A DNA stretch of 64,000 nt, the filler included, from Stramenopiles sp. TOSAG23-2 (Eukaryota), in the NCBI GenBank assembly GCA_900128395.1. It is 9 parts of 9 records of this genome, joined end to end, with 100 filler letters (N's around TTAATTAATTAA, not from the genome) between each part and the next. Parts side by side here need not be neighbours in the genome. Positions count along the whole stretch, not along the records: positions 1 to 8,656 come from LT650178.1; positions 8,757 to 17,383 come from LT650179.1; 7 more parts are not named here. The stretch is one strand, 5' to 3'. The position numbers and the translations under genes were made by a program. Position 1 is the first letter of the stretch. Each line of letters starts with the position of its first letter. Positions 1 to 11,454 of this stretch are shown here, piece by piece. Under the pieces are notes generated by a model, which had not been told where the DNA came from, ran no database searches, and saw only the letters and a program-made list of their open reading frames with translations.

Positions 1-120
1 TCCAAAAATTCATGATTTTCGTAGAATATAGGAATTATAATGCACGAGGTTTGATGGTAAAATATGTGTTATTTATACTTATTAGTATACTAAAAATTTA
101 TTTGTCCCTTGGAATCTCTC

Positions 121-348
121 AGTAAAGCTCTAATGCACCTCTGCAAACGAATACGATCGTACTCTACAAGCATGAGTAGGTTTCTATTCTTCCGCGCGTA
201 CTCGTTGAACGCGCTGGACGTCGGGTTCATTCGAAAACGGTGAGGTTGTCGAAGTGAAAGATCCTGTTGTGAACAACAACGGTAACTATCCGGATAAAGA
301 TCTTGAAGTGCACGGTTGTGGCAAAAAGCCGCGGTTTTGATCACTTTA
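121..348. repeat. ~230-bp GC-richer dispersed repeat, copy 1
   Basis: Near-identical to 7984-8227 (AGTAAAGCTCTAATGCACCTCTGCAAAC ... GCCGCGGTTTTGATCACTTTA), same orientation. Confidence 0.9.
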
Positions 349-526
349 GCTTGTAGATTTCTACAAGTTTCATTGACCCATTGTGCTTTATGCCAGTCTA
401 ATTTTCGCTAATTAATATATGATATATGCATACATGATATTTTATACAAGCCAAAAAATTTTATAGTGTGTGCGTGTATTTTTCTTTATCTTTCATTTCG
501 TGGGTGTCTCTTTCTTAAACTCCCTC

Positions 527-2875
527 TCACTTTAAATATCTATACAACATTTCTTTAGACGGTAAATCTTCTGATAGTATAACATCATTACCACGTAATA
601 AAAATGGTAGTGGCCGAATAAATTTTCCGGCAAATGATGATCGAATGATTCGCACGGGGTGATAATGTTTGTACCAAGCTGATATGTACGAAAAAAATTT
701 TTCTAATAGTACACTAAAACGAACTGGTACCCCTTTCAAACGTAAATGCGTCACATCTGCATATCGATTAATAACTTCATTGTTATGGTTGTTGGCGTTA
801 TTTTGAGGCGTAAAAAAAGCACTATTGAATGTTAACACATTGCCTGGAGGTGTGTACGCATAATCGTGCGCTTCCTTTTCTGTTTGAACGACGCTATCAG
901 TTGGTGTATTGGCGTTTTGTAAGTGTGGCGTTTTGGGTGGTTGGATTATTGGTTGACACAAGGATAGACGTATTGCACCTGGTAAACATTGACTTGACGG
1001 ATTCCCTCTCGTATGAATATAAATAGCATAAAATGGTACGGTCGTCATAATTGTTAGCAACAACCATATTACAGCTTGGGATAATAATATCGTCATCCAT
1101 ACAGTCAAAAAGAAGACATAATATACAGCAAAAGTTGGAAATAAGAATACTAATATAGTAAACAGAATTGTTCCTAATAGCAATTGTTCCATGGAGAAGT
1201 CCAACGTATCAACACGATTGCGCAATATATTACGTTTCCTTCCACGAAATAAATGCCATAATGAATTAATGACACTTAACATGAAAGCATGGACACTGGC
1301 AAAAACTGAGTAAATTAATAATATATGCACAGTAAAGCAATGCACCATATCTACCAATACAGCCAACACAATTGAAATTCCCATTACACCACAAGCACCT
1401 ATTAGTAAAACAATCGTTGGTTCTAGCGCAGCTACTTGAGTTGTAACTAAATTCCACAGGTCTAATACGGCCAGCACAATCGTTCCGATCCATTCCGTCA
1501 ATGCCGTATTTAATTTCATACCAGCTGGTACGCCCATTAACCATTTAGTAGAATCAGTCAGCACGTCCATATGCAAGACATGGCCACCATAATGCAACAA
1601 TTCTAAAACAAAATCACTACGTTTACTAAATTGAAATAAAATAAAACCAATAACAAGTCCTACTAAAATATCTATGCCGATAGCAAATATTTCGCTAAAG
1701 GCTTTGAAATGAAGTTCATTTCGAAGTTCTATATTTAAATATTTTGTTTTTTTCGTTGATGCACTATGAAACAAAAATGGTAAGTGGCATATGGTGCGTA
1801 AACGTAAATCTAAAACATGTGCAAGGACAGATGATTCTCTAAGCGATTTACCACCAAAATATGGCAAAGTTGATGGTAGTCTTGTTGACAAAATTGTTAT
1901 TGCAAATTCAAAAAATAAAAGAAACAATATATAAATTGCTGCAAATGGTTTGATTATTATCCGATGGCAACATGAAGACCTCTCTTTGTTGTTTGCCATA
2001 TCATCATTCTTATGGTATTCATTGCTTTGTGTTTTGCTCTGTATTTTATTTCGTTTTTTTAAACGTAACGACTTATACATCATGTTCTTGTAACTTTGCA
2101 TAGAATTTATTTGGTGTAATGCAAAGTCTAATTCTGATAATTGCTTCGCATCGTCATTTTTACTTATTCCAATACTTTTTGTATTTTTTCTACGTTTTTT
2201 TGAATCTTTATTTTCTTTTTCATCACGTTTATTATCCAAAGTGTTTGTTCCACCACTATTATTATCTTCATTTTTTTTATTGTCGTTATTATGACCTGAT
2301 AAAGAGGAAGATCGACGTCTGATAAGCATAGATGGATTTCGCTTTTGTTTCATGAAACCACTATGATTCCTAGATAAGTAATGCAGTTGGTTTGAATCAA
2401 CATCATCAAATAGAACTATTTGCGTTGAAGTCGCGTGGCGACAGCCGCAGCAATATATTGACTTTAAAAGTGGTGCAGCGTGTAATTTTCCATCGATTTC
2501 TAAAGCTGCTGATAACTCCATAGACATGGTTATCCATATACTATTTGTTTGTTTTTGTATTTCTAAATTTGGTATTTTTGTAAATTTTTGCGGTTCCAAA
2601 TAACCAATTACAACTGGTGAACCACCGCAATATTCACGTAAATTTGTTGTAACATTATTATAAAGTATTTGCTCTAAAACCTCTGTTAGTTCTTGATAAG
2701 AATATTCTTCCGGACGTATCAAACACATTATGCAAGCAGTAAAATCGTTGATATTCCATCCAATCATATAACCACCTTGTATTTCATGCAATAAACGAGT
2801 TGGAAAAAAAATTCTAGTAACCAATGATGGTGTTGGTGGAGACGGTGAAGGCATATACAAAGAAGAAGTTGACAT
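527..2875 (-). CDS. PIGQ: GPI-GlcNAc transferase subunit Q (Gpi1)
   Basis: 782-aa ORF. Gpi1 signature segments WLMGVPAGMKLN and SLWHLFRGRKRNILRNRVDTLDFSMEQLLLGTILFTILVFLFPT; multiple TM helices. Confidence 0.93.
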   Translation of the reverse strand: MSTSSLYMPSPSPPTPSLVTRIFFPTRLLHEIQGGYMIGWNINDFTACIMCLIRPEEYSYQELTEVLEQILYNNVTTNLREYCGGSPVVIGYLEPQKFTKIPNLEIQKQTNSIWITMSMELSAALEIDGKLHAAPLLKSIYCCGCRHATSTQIVLFDDVDSNQLHYLSRNHSGFMKQKRNPSMLIRRRSSSLSGHNNDNKKNEDNNSGGTNTLDNKRDEKENKDSKKRRKNTKSIGISKNDDAKQLSELDFALHQINSMQSYKNMMYKSLRLKKRNKIQSKTQSNEYHKNDDMANNKERSSCCHRIIIKPFAAIYILFLLFFEFAITILSTRLPSTLPYFGGKSLRESSVLAHVLDLRLRTICHLPFLFHSASTKKTKYLNIELRNELHFKAFSEIFAIGIDILVGLVIGFILFQFSKRSDFVLELLHYGGHVLHMDVLTDSTKWLMGVPAGMKLNTALTEWIGTIVLAVLDLWNLVTTQVAALEPTIVLLIGACGVMGISIVLAVLVDMVHCFTVHILLIYSVFASVHAFMLSVINSLWHLFRGRKRNILRNRVDTLDFSMEQLLLGTILFTILVFLFPTFAVYYVFFLTVWMTILLSQAVIWLLLTIMTTVPFYAIYIHTRGNPSSQCLPGAIRLSLCQPIIQPPKTPHLQNANTPTDSVVQTEKEAHDYAYTPPGNVLTFNSAFFTPQNNANNHNNEVINRYADVTHLRLKGVPVRFSVLLEKFFSYISAWYKHYHPVRIIRSSFAGKFIRPLPFLLRGNDVILSEDLPSKEMLYRYLK

Positions 2876-3596
2876 ATTTTAACGATTGGTAAAATAATAT
2901 AAAAATTAAAATGGCAAATTAAAAAACAAAAAAGAGATCTAAATTTGTTGTGGGTTCACATGGATTGATTTATATATATAAAAGTAATTTCGTTTATTTT
3001 TCGGCACCACTACTACAAGTATAAAGTATTAGTTCTGTGTGATGTATTATATTTTAGTTGGTGGTGATTATTATTGAAATTATTAATATTTTGAATTATT
3101 TGTATTATTAAATTATTATGATGCCGTATTAGTATTAGACTAGGAGCAACCAGGATATACCTCGGAATATATTGATGCTGGTGGGCCATTCTTCTGCACA
3201 GATGACGACAAAAGTATCACATCCTTAATAAATTTAAAATATTCATAGGAATAGTATATGAATACGTATTTAAATAAGTGCATTAAAAATTAAAAATAGT
3301 ATTAGTCTATCGTCTTGGTCCGTGGACTACTATTTCTATTGTTTTTTATTATTATTATTATTATATATTATTTCATTATTAATGTGCTAAATTCCTCTTC
3401 TATTATTATTATTTTACTATTATTATTATTGTGCTATTTCATATTATTACTATTATTATTATTATTATTATATTATTTATATATAGATCTGTATGTATTA
3501 TATAATAAATATATATATAGATGTATAACATAAATGCATAGATAATGTAGGAATCGAAATTAAATTACTTCAAAATAGGGTACTCTTGTCATACAA

Positions 3597-6500
3597 ATGT
3601 ATCTTAGTGGTGGTAGTACAGCTCCGCCTTCTCCGGCGACCATAGAGCGGAAAAATCAAACAAAATCACGCTTGGCTACACTAACAAAACAACGCATACA
3701 TAATATATTTGTTCCAAAGGTTTTATGCCTAACATCTTCGAAAGTTGAGGAACAATGTCAAAAAAATCATTTAACATTTTTGCAGCTATTGGCACCTTTT
3801 TGTATCATGCAGAATGGTGCTGTGCCTGTACGAACGCCATCTCAGTCGTACAGCGTTGAAGACTTTCGTGTCAAACTGTTATCTTCAACATATTTTCAAC
3901 CTGTTGTACCTGAAACGGCGGAGAAGGAACTTAAAATTATAGCAAATGAAATGCGGCCATCAACATCGCCAGATAAACGCCTGCTTGAACAACAAATTTA
4001 TAGTGTTCGTGACATTAAGCGGTATTTAAAACGCGCATCAGAAGCTGAAGATTCCTTGAGTAGCGATCCAACTCCATGGTATACTGAAATTATCGACACT
4101 ATTTCCAAGTCAATGAATTTTCAACCGCATGAACAATTTGATCAACCTTTGTCGCAAATGTTAGTAATTAGTTCCGCTGAACCTGATCCAGTAGCAACGC
4201 TTAAAAATTTACAACTGGGGAAGGGTTTTCCAAAAGTTTTAAAAAATGGTCAATTTTCCGCTCAAATTCCCAAATTTGTTGTTGTTGTTCATGATACGTG
4301 TGAATCACATTTAATTGATCCAAGAAGCATTTTACGAATTTTACATGGATATTTTAGGCCGGAACAATGTAAATTAATAACTATTAATAGTTTGCCACCC
4401 ACCTCACCCAATCTATCGCAACCAGATATGTGGACGAAAGAAATGGGATGGATGGAGCGCCGAAAAACAAATGCATATAGAGAAAATGTGAAAGCCGGCA
4501 AGAATAAGAAAGGTGATGGAGGCGAAAAAAGCGCTGTGCTTCCATTAGGGTCACATTTGTCTCCAGAAGATATGATGGGACTGCAAAAATTAATGACAGA
4601 TGTAATCACAAAAGGTGTAATCGTAGAAATGGAACGTCGAATGTTTACCATCAACCAAGAGGTTAATTCGAGTAGAAAAGGTTTAAAAAATACGTTCAAA
4701 TCGTGGTTTAAATCGAAAGAGACGAAACGTAGGCGAAGTACAGAAGATCCTGTCTATGATAACCAGTCAATTGAGTGTCAAATACGATTATTGGGTGATC
4801 TTGCGTTTATGGTGCGAGATTATGAATTAGCGTTAAGTATGTACCGTATGGTGAAAGATGATTTCAGGAATGATCGTGCATGGCACCATTTTGCATCTGC
4901 GTGTGAGATGATTGGAATCTGCATTTTTTTATCTAATGGACCATACAAGGAAATGATATATGCATTTGATGGGGCAACAGGTTTCCATTTGCAACCCGGT
5001 GGCATTGATGAATTGCCAGAACGGTGGACGAGGGTCCGTTGTAGAACACGGGCTGCAATACTGGCGGGTGAAATTTTATCAATTTACGGGGAAAATGAAG
5101 ATTTCAAATCTAGATGTAAGTTTTTAGAAAAAGCTGCGATTGTAGAAAAAGAAAACCGGCATGGAGGGGAACATTTAGTTCCAGCATTGTTGCATGAACA
5201 AATAGCCTTGTCAAAATTGAAAGTTAGTATTACCAAAAATACGGAAGGGTTGGTAATTCCATGTTTAAGAACAAGTGGACGACATTTTTTATTGGCTGGA
5301 TTTCATTATGCATATAGTTTCAACATGCATCATAGTTTTCATTCATATGGTCTATTTGCTAAGTATTATACTGATTTCGAGTTAGGATGGCCAAACCTTG
5401 CAAATCATATACATCATTGGTTAGGTAGACAATTAAGCGCTCTGGGATCCAATAAGCTTGCAGCAGATTCGTTGACAGAGTTAATAAATAGTGGAAATAT
5501 TGATCTCATGCCAATTCAACACCAAGGGAATGTTCTAAGCGATTATTTTAGAGTTGTTGCTTGCACAACGAAGGCAAAAGATGGTGACGGTTATAAAATG
5601 AAATTGCCAATATTTTATGATAACGAGCTAACAGTCTTGATATTGGAAAATGCTATTGAAGACAAGAAATTTTTAGAAGAACCTTGGTCATTTAGTGCAC
5701 AACCCAGACGGGGCTATAGCAACACTACATACAATGTGAATACTCTAGATGAGGCTTGGGAAGATTGCGAAGATGCCATTGAAAGGCTTGATGGTGGTTG
5801 GAAAGCTTTACAAAAGCCAAAATTGCCTAAATTAAAGAAGAAGAGTATAAATCAGGAAGGGAAAGCACCACAATGGTGCTCGATTGCTGAAACTGTTACT
5901 GTCATTGTATATTGCAGAAACCCCTTAGAACATGATTTAAAAATTGTTAATATGTCTTTGAATGTAAAATACGACGGCCAAAATGACCAGAATCAGAATG
6001 AAAATATTGAATTATTTCCAATACCAACAATCTTGATACGTCCAATGGACAAGATCAGTGTGGAGCTGAAGTTTCGTCCATTGAAAGAGGGTTTAATTAG
6101 AGTATTAGGGTTGAAATATGAATTAGAGGGTCTCACGGTAAATGCTGAGCGAATAAAATGTCAGCATATGTTTGACATAAAAGGTCGCTTACTAAATAAC
6201 AATCGACACAATGCTTCTACTGGTGCTCGTGAGGTAGATGTGCGCAATTTGATCGATGTAGTAGGTTTTCGTCCCTACCTAGCTGCAACGATTGACTTAA
6301 AAATCAACACAGATAAAACACGTAGTGGTGAAATATCCAGTGGTAGTTTCAATTTTAAGAATATAGGAAAGGTGCCTATAAATACTTTGAGTATATTTTG
6401 TAATGAATCATCGTTTTTGATGTTGGATAATCATGCCATTCAAGGTACAAATGATGACGGGGTGTTGTATAAACTTCCATTGCTTGAATTGAGTGGAGAT

Positions 6501-7832
6501 GGTGGTATGTTAGTTGTGCCTTTCTATACGTGTACTCCCAAAACGAAGAAACCACTTGAAAAGGAGATATACATAATTATAAAATATGCAAACGTCACCT
6601 CAGATGGAGATATTAAGTATAAGAATCAGAAATTCATAACCAGACAAGTACGGATGAAAATCAAGTTGAATATTGTACCATCGATAACACTTCTGGGCAG
6701 TTTTAGGTCGGTACCAGGAACACCAACTTCATTGCTTCTGTCATTAAATGTTCAAAATGATTGTGATGTAAATAATGTGGTATCGGGAAAGAACGACGAA
6801 GTTTTGAAAGTAGATGCTGTCTACATGCTCTCGCCGAATTGGGACTTTAAATCGTTGGAGGGTAATATTCAGAAACATATGGAAGAACAGTTTGAGTTAA
6901 CTTCTGGAGAATCTTGGAACTCCATATACAAAATAGACTTCATCAGACCGGATGATAATCGCCGGCTTGTTATAAGTACCTTATATGGGAAGGACAATGA
7001 TATCAATGCAAATAACATACTAAATGATGACACAATTTTCAATGTGGAAGGAGAAGGCAAAAAAATTAAGACGAATAATCCAATAGGTAAAAAAATTATA
7101 ATTGATCATGCAGAAGCATACCAAACTTACGTCGCAGCTATATTGCTGGAAGATAATGAAGACACCGAGGATACAGGGCCAAAAACAATTCAAGAAATCC
7201 GGGAGCGTGCAGATCAACGGCGTGCAACAATTGCAGTGGGAAATTCAGAGGACGGTGAGGGAACGTTGCCAGTGCCGTGGAGTGAGGAAGCCTTTTTATG
7301 GGGACCAGACCCTGGTATAAATTTGTTTTGCTTATGGAGGTCTTACAACAATAATGATAAATCTGTTTTCAAGTTTGGACTTAGCTCATCGTTCAAACTA
7401 CCGTCCATACCAATTACTTCATCCTCCAGTAACGGCTGTCCTTTGCGTTTAAGCTGCGAATATACCAATAAATTACATCATGATTTTGAAACAGATGGCG
7501 CTTGCAGTATGGATATACAAGTTCAAATATGTCATGAGAGACTCACAGATAAATCACAAACAAATATTGGATTTGTCTTTGAAGCAAATGATACGAGTGA
7601 CAACAATACGGCTATCGATTATAAATGGTTGGGGGATAAAAAGAAGAGTTTTGTTGGGCCTCGGGATAGTTTAAAAGTTGGTGGCGTGATATCTATAAAC
7701 CTGAAAGTTTTGTTTTTAAGAAAAGGGCTGCATGATTTAAATAATTTTACCTTGACTGTCCTTAATGAAAATGAAAAAGGGCAAGGAAAGTATAGATTTG
7801 AAAATTTACAATTTATAGTGGAAGTAGTATAA
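3597..7832 (+). CDS. TRAPPC8: TRAPP III subunit 8 (Trs85)
   Basis: 1411-aa ORF. Trs85 motif ECQIRLLGDLAFMVRDYELALSMYRMVKDDFRNDRAWHHFASACEM, N-terminal LTFLQLLAPF, and C-terminal beta-sandwich region; size fits. Confidence 0.92.
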   Translation: MYLSGGSTAPPSPATIERKNQTKSRLATLTKQRIHNIFVPKVLCLTSSKVEEQCQKNHLTFLQLLAPFCIMQNGAVPVRTPSQSYSVEDFRVKLLSSTYFQPVVPETAEKELKIIANEMRPSTSPDKRLLEQQIYSVRDIKRYLKRASEAEDSLSSDPTPWYTEIIDTISKSMNFQPHEQFDQPLSQMLVISSAEPDPVATLKNLQLGKGFPKVLKNGQFSAQIPKFVVVVHDTCESHLIDPRSILRILHGYFRPEQCKLITINSLPPTSPNLSQPDMWTKEMGWMERRKTNAYRENVKAGKNKKGDGGEKSAVLPLGSHLSPEDMMGLQKLMTDVITKGVIVEMERRMFTINQEVNSSRKGLKNTFKSWFKSKETKRRRSTEDPVYDNQSIECQIRLLGDLAFMVRDYELALSMYRMVKDDFRNDRAWHHFASACEMIGICIFLSNGPYKEMIYAFDGATGFHLQPGGIDELPERWTRVRCRTRAAILAGEILSIYGENEDFKSRCKFLEKAAIVEKENRHGGEHLVPALLHEQIALSKLKVSITKNTEGLVIPCLRTSGRHFLLAGFHYAYSFNMHHSFHSYGLFAKYYTDFELGWPNLANHIHHWLGRQLSALGSNKLAADSLTELINSGNIDLMPIQHQGNVLSDYFRVVACTTKAKDGDGYKMKLPIFYDNELTVLILENAIEDKKFLEEPWSFSAQPRRGYSNTTYNVNTLDEAWEDCEDAIERLDGGWKALQKPKLPKLKKKSINQEGKAPQWCSIAETVTVIVYCRNPLEHDLKIVNMSLNVKYDGQNDQNQNENIELFPIPTILIRPMDKISVELKFRPLKEGLIRVLGLKYELEGLTVNAERIKCQHMFDIKGRLLNNNRHNASTGAREVDVRNLIDVVGFRPYLAATIDLKINTDKTRSGEISSGSFNFKNIGKVPINTLSIFCNESSFLMLDNHAIQGTNDDGVLYKLPLLELSGDGGMLVVPFYTCTPKTKKPLEKEIYIIIKYANVTSDGDIKYKNQKFITRQVRMKIKLNIVPSITLLGSFRSVPGTPTSLLLSLNVQNDCDVNNVVSGKNDEVLKVDAVYMLSPNWDFKSLEGNIQKHMEEQFELTSGESWNSIYKIDFIRPDDNRRLVISTLYGKDNDINANNILNDDTIFNVEGEGKKIKTNNPIGKKIIIDHAEAYQTYVAAILLEDNEDTEDTGPKTIQEIRERADQRRATIAVGNSEDGEGTLPVPWSEEAFLWGPDPGINLFCLWRSYNNNDKSVFKFGLSSSFKLPSIPITSSSSNGCPLRLSCEYTNKLHHDFETDGACSMDIQVQICHERLTDKSQTNIGFVFEANDTSDNNTAIDYKWLGDKKKSFVGPRDSLKVGGVISINLKVLFLRKGLHDLNNFTLTVLNENEKGQGKYRFENLQFIVEVV

Positions 7833-7983
7833 ACAAGGAGCGTGAAGGGACTCTCGTTTAAAAGTTTATGTATCTCATGATACACATTGTGACGAGAACG
7901 TACGACTTGTCAATTTTTAACGTATGATATATATATGGTTAAAATCTAATAACCTATATGCTATCCTACGAAGTTCGTACTAT

Positions 7984-8227
7984 AGTAAAGCTCTAATGCA
8001 CCTCTGCAAACTAATACTCCACAAGCACGAGTAGGTTTCTACAAGCACGAGTAGGTTTCTATCCTTCCAACATGTTCTTACGTTGAATGCGCTGGACGTC
8101 AGGTTCATTCGATAGCGGTGAGGCTGTCAAAGTGAAAGATCCTGTTGTGGACAACAACCGATAACTATTTGGATAAAGATCTTGAAGTGCACGGTTGTGG
8201 CAGAAAGCCGCGGTTTTGATCACTTTA
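7984..8227. repeat. ~230-bp dispersed repeat, copy 2 (more degenerate)
   Basis: Aligns with 121-348; carries an internal tandem duplication of ACAAGCACGAGTAGGTTTCT. Confidence 0.9.
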
Positions 8228-8544
8228 TCATAATAATGATGATTAAAATCTAAGTTATAATAATTTTACTTCCCTTTATCATATAAATAAAAAAAATATT
8301 ATTACGCGTTGTATTTTAATTTTTCCTATTTCTACGAGTACACTACCAGGACTACCCATGACAATTGCTACTCTCTCAAAAGAATACGGTGACTTAGACT
8401 GAGCCAATATCAAGATACGATTTTATACTTTTAATATATGATATTATATACGTTCGTATGATATTATCATATATATATATATATGTAAGTAAAAGAACTT
8501 TATATAAATTATGAGTAAGAGAAAATTTATATATATATAAAATA

Positions 8545-8656
8545 TAAAATATAATTTATTTTTAATGTACTCATGATAATTCCTACTCTTAAAAAGAATA
8601 CAATAACTGAAATAATCTATCTCACACAAGTGTGTTGATATTCTCATAATCGAAAA
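8545..8656 (-). repeat. AT-rich dispersed repeat family (GAGTAGGAATTATCATGAGTA core)
   Basis: Reverse complement is near-identical to 24502-24610. Confidence 0.85.
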
Positions 8657-8756
8657 NNNNNNNNNNNNNNNNNNNNNNNNNNNNNNNNNNNNNNNNNNNN
8701 TTAATTAATTAANNNNNNNNNNNNNNNNNNNNNNNNNNNNNNNNNNNNNNNNNNNN
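8657..8756. other. Artificial contig linker (also 17384-17483, 26108-26207, 34815-34914, 43521-43620, 52209-52308, 60895-60994, 62460-62559)
   Basis: 100-nt N run with central TTAATTAATTAA (stops in all six frames), repeated identically eight times. Confidence 0.98.
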
Positions 8757-9274
8757 CTAGTATAGAGTCTAATTTATACTTATTACTATACGTAATTTCA
8801 GGGAGAAGATAATTTATGGAGTTATATATACTATTAAGTATAAATGCTAAAACGCTCCTATAAGAACTGGATTTAGCACTTAATTACAGTAGGCTTGATT
8901 ATTTTTTCAATAGTAAACAGTTCTAGCATCAACGGGGACTTTCACGAAAATGTGATCGTTTCACCTATAAAATCTATTTTGGGCGTTTTGATACGGCTGC
9001 TGTGTCTATGGCGAGTATTAATATTGTATGATTTTACTATAAGTTTTAGTTTACGTCGCTGTCATCTGGTCATCAAAAAGATATGATGATCACTTCCACT
9101 GATGGAAAAAAATAGAATAATATAATTGCAACTTCTTGCAATCCCGTAGCATCAAAAAGATATGTTCATAACTGTAACTACCTTTTTTGTTGTATTAATA
9201 GACTAGTATATATAATATGTATGTACAACGTATGAATAAAATATTATCATCTTGTACCGACAAATTATTATATC

Positions 9275-10099
9275 ATGAAATACATTATATTCATAACAAT
9301 AATATTGATACAAATAGTACTATCAATATCTTCTTTTTGTGAGGAGGAAAATTGGAAAATTCAACATGAAGATCTATTCAATACTGGTAGTCTTAATTTA
9401 AGCAAATGGACCGTATCTTTAGGAAATCAATATACACAAAGTCAATTTCGTGAAGCGTTTGGGACGAGCGAAAATGTATATATCGACAATGATAATTTAG
9501 TATTGCGATCAAAACGTGAGCAAATGAATGGTTTTAATTTTACAAGTGGTGCAATAACAAGTAAAAATAAAATATTGGTTACTTCGCCTTCACGTGTTTG
9601 TATTAATGCAAAGTTACCGGGCGTTCCAGGCAATTCGGTTGGTATGTGGCCAGCACATTGGATGATGCCTAATGATTCTAGTTGTTGGCCTGATCATGGT
9701 GAAATTGATATTATGGAAATGATTAATGGTGATGGGTCATCACATGCTACATATCATTGGAATAAAAAATTTCCAAAAAAAAATTGTTCAGGTAATGACT
9801 ATAATACTCAATTATCATCATCAAAACAGGTTCAGAATTGGAATACTTTTCATGAATATGCAGTAGAACGTGGTGAAACATTTATTGCATTTTATATTGA
9901 TAACGAATTGTTAATAAATATTACATCAAAACGAAGTATTAAACATTTATCAAAAAAAGCAGAAATATTTCCAAATGTAGATTATTATATAATATTAAAT
10001 ACTGCTATTGGAAAGCCATGGGCAAAGCAACCTGTCAATTCAACCATTTTTCCAGTGTATCATATTATTGATTATGTTAAAGTTGCTGTTCCAAAATAA
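9275..10099 (+). CDS. Secreted glycoside hydrolase family 16 (laminarinase/beta-1,3-glucanase-like)
   Basis: Hydrophobic signal peptide; GMWPAHWMMP and catalytic WPDHGEIDIME (ExDxxE); FHEYAVE, YIILNTAIG, IDYVKV. Confidence 0.92.
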   Translation: MKYIIFITIILIQIVLSISSFCEEENWKIQHEDLFNTGSLNLSKWTVSLGNQYTQSQFREAFGTSENVYIDNDNLVLRSKREQMNGFNFTSGAITSKNKILVTSPSRVCINAKLPGVPGNSVGMWPAHWMMPNDSSCWPDHGEIDIMEMINGDGSSHATYHWNKKFPKKNCSGNDYNTQLSSSKQVQNWNTFHEYAVERGETFIAFYIDNELLINITSKRSIKHLSKKAEIFPNVDYYIILNTAIGKPWAKQPVNSTIFPVYHIIDYVKVAVPK

Positions 10100-10359
10100 A
10101 TAAAAAAAATTTGGAGTGTAATGTGTTAATTTGTCTAAAAAAATTTTCTCGTTTTATCTGGGTAATATTTTGATACACGAAATATAAAATATAATATGGT
10201 TAAAATTTACAAACCGTTCGTAAGGATTTTTATTTCATTTACAAAGTTTGTGTACAATACTAAAGTACGAAGCTTCCCGTACATTTTTTATCATACAAAT
10301 TCGTACTATACCCACATTCACATACTATACCCACATTCACAATCGGGCAAAACCTCTTT

Positions 10360-11047
10360 TTAGCTAACTGGGAGGTCTCGACACTTGCGTTGCCACTTCT
10401 CAGTATTTTGATCATTTCTATAATATAATGTTGGCCAGCTGTTACACCATATATACTCGCTGAATTTTAATTTATCGGTCAGCAATTCTTCTTTTCCTTT
10501 TACAGGCCTCCATCCAATACGTTCTCGATACGGTATATTATCATCACATAGATCATCACATTTCCACTCAGGCGATAGCACTCCATTATTGTGAAGGTCG
10601 ACGTAATCCACATTGACTTTGCATTTACACGTTTGGCATTTCATATCATTGTTGTTATATTTTAATATATTTTGCCTTATAAGACTAATATTAAAACCAG
10701 AAGCTGGCAAAAACAATTCGCCCTTTAGTAACTGTAAATAACTTGGAGGTAATGGAGAATGTATACCAGTATCACGTATAGGATATCTCATTATCATGCA
10801 AAGTCAAATTTTTCAACCATATACATTCTTTAATTACAAGTGGAATGTTCATCACTTTCATATTTGGTGCATTGATAACCTCTATAAATTTATATCCGCA
10901 ATTTGGAGATCCCCATATTCCATTTGGAAACATAACTCTTGGCTCCGATCGATCCCATAATTGTGGTGTAAAATTACTTCTACATTGATTGAATGTAATT
11001 CCAAATGCTGTTATACTATTTATTGTTTCCTTTGTTGTTTTATCCAT
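10360..11047 (-). pseudogene. Frameshifted LRR-containing gene with Cys-rich C-terminus
   Basis: ORF 11047-10772 ends in LRR-like LKNLTLHDNEISY; overlapping ORF 10797-10360 continues in another frame with IRDTGIHSPLPPSYLQL. Confidence 0.5.
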
Positions 11048-11454
11048 ATCCTTTAATTGATATTTATATGGTGTTATTTGTACAATGTTTGAATAATATT
11101 TATATTTGTAATATGTTGTGTGTGCGTGTGTGGATAAGAAATTTATTACTGATTGTATATTAATATATGTCTAATATATATTATATAATACATAAAGATT
11201 TTAATATATATATATATTTATAATTATGTACACATGTGTGTTGAAAAAATATAAGAATATTATTCTAATTATTAGTGCAATAAAAAATGAAATATTATAT
11301 TAATAATAATTGCAATTTATAAAAGAAGTGCATAAGGTTTTTTAATATAATAATAAAATATATCTGGCATTTAGGAAGTTACCCAGAGAAGTGGAAGTTA
11401 TCATGAGTAAATTTTAAAACAATAAATTATGCGTAAATTAAATAATAAAATATT

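Noticed and set aside
90-344. 84-aa minus-strand ORF in the repeat
   Set aside because: GTG start, no motif, and the frame is disrupted by indels in the second copy.
349-368. CTTGTAGATTTCTACAAG hairpin reminiscent of a Cas12a repeat or Fanzor RNA
   Set aside because: Single copy, no spacers, no Cas/TnpB/Fanzor ORF in the window.
3315-3533. Short hydrophobic ORF, and similar 60-230 aa ORFs antisense to or nested in long genes
   Set aside because: Products of (TAT)n microsatellites or shadow frames, with no protein features.
8932-8945. Minus-strand GAAAGTCCCCG resembling RNase MRP CR-I
   Set aside because: No CR-V GGGGCTY partner downstream before the contig end, and the context is AT-rich and unstructured.
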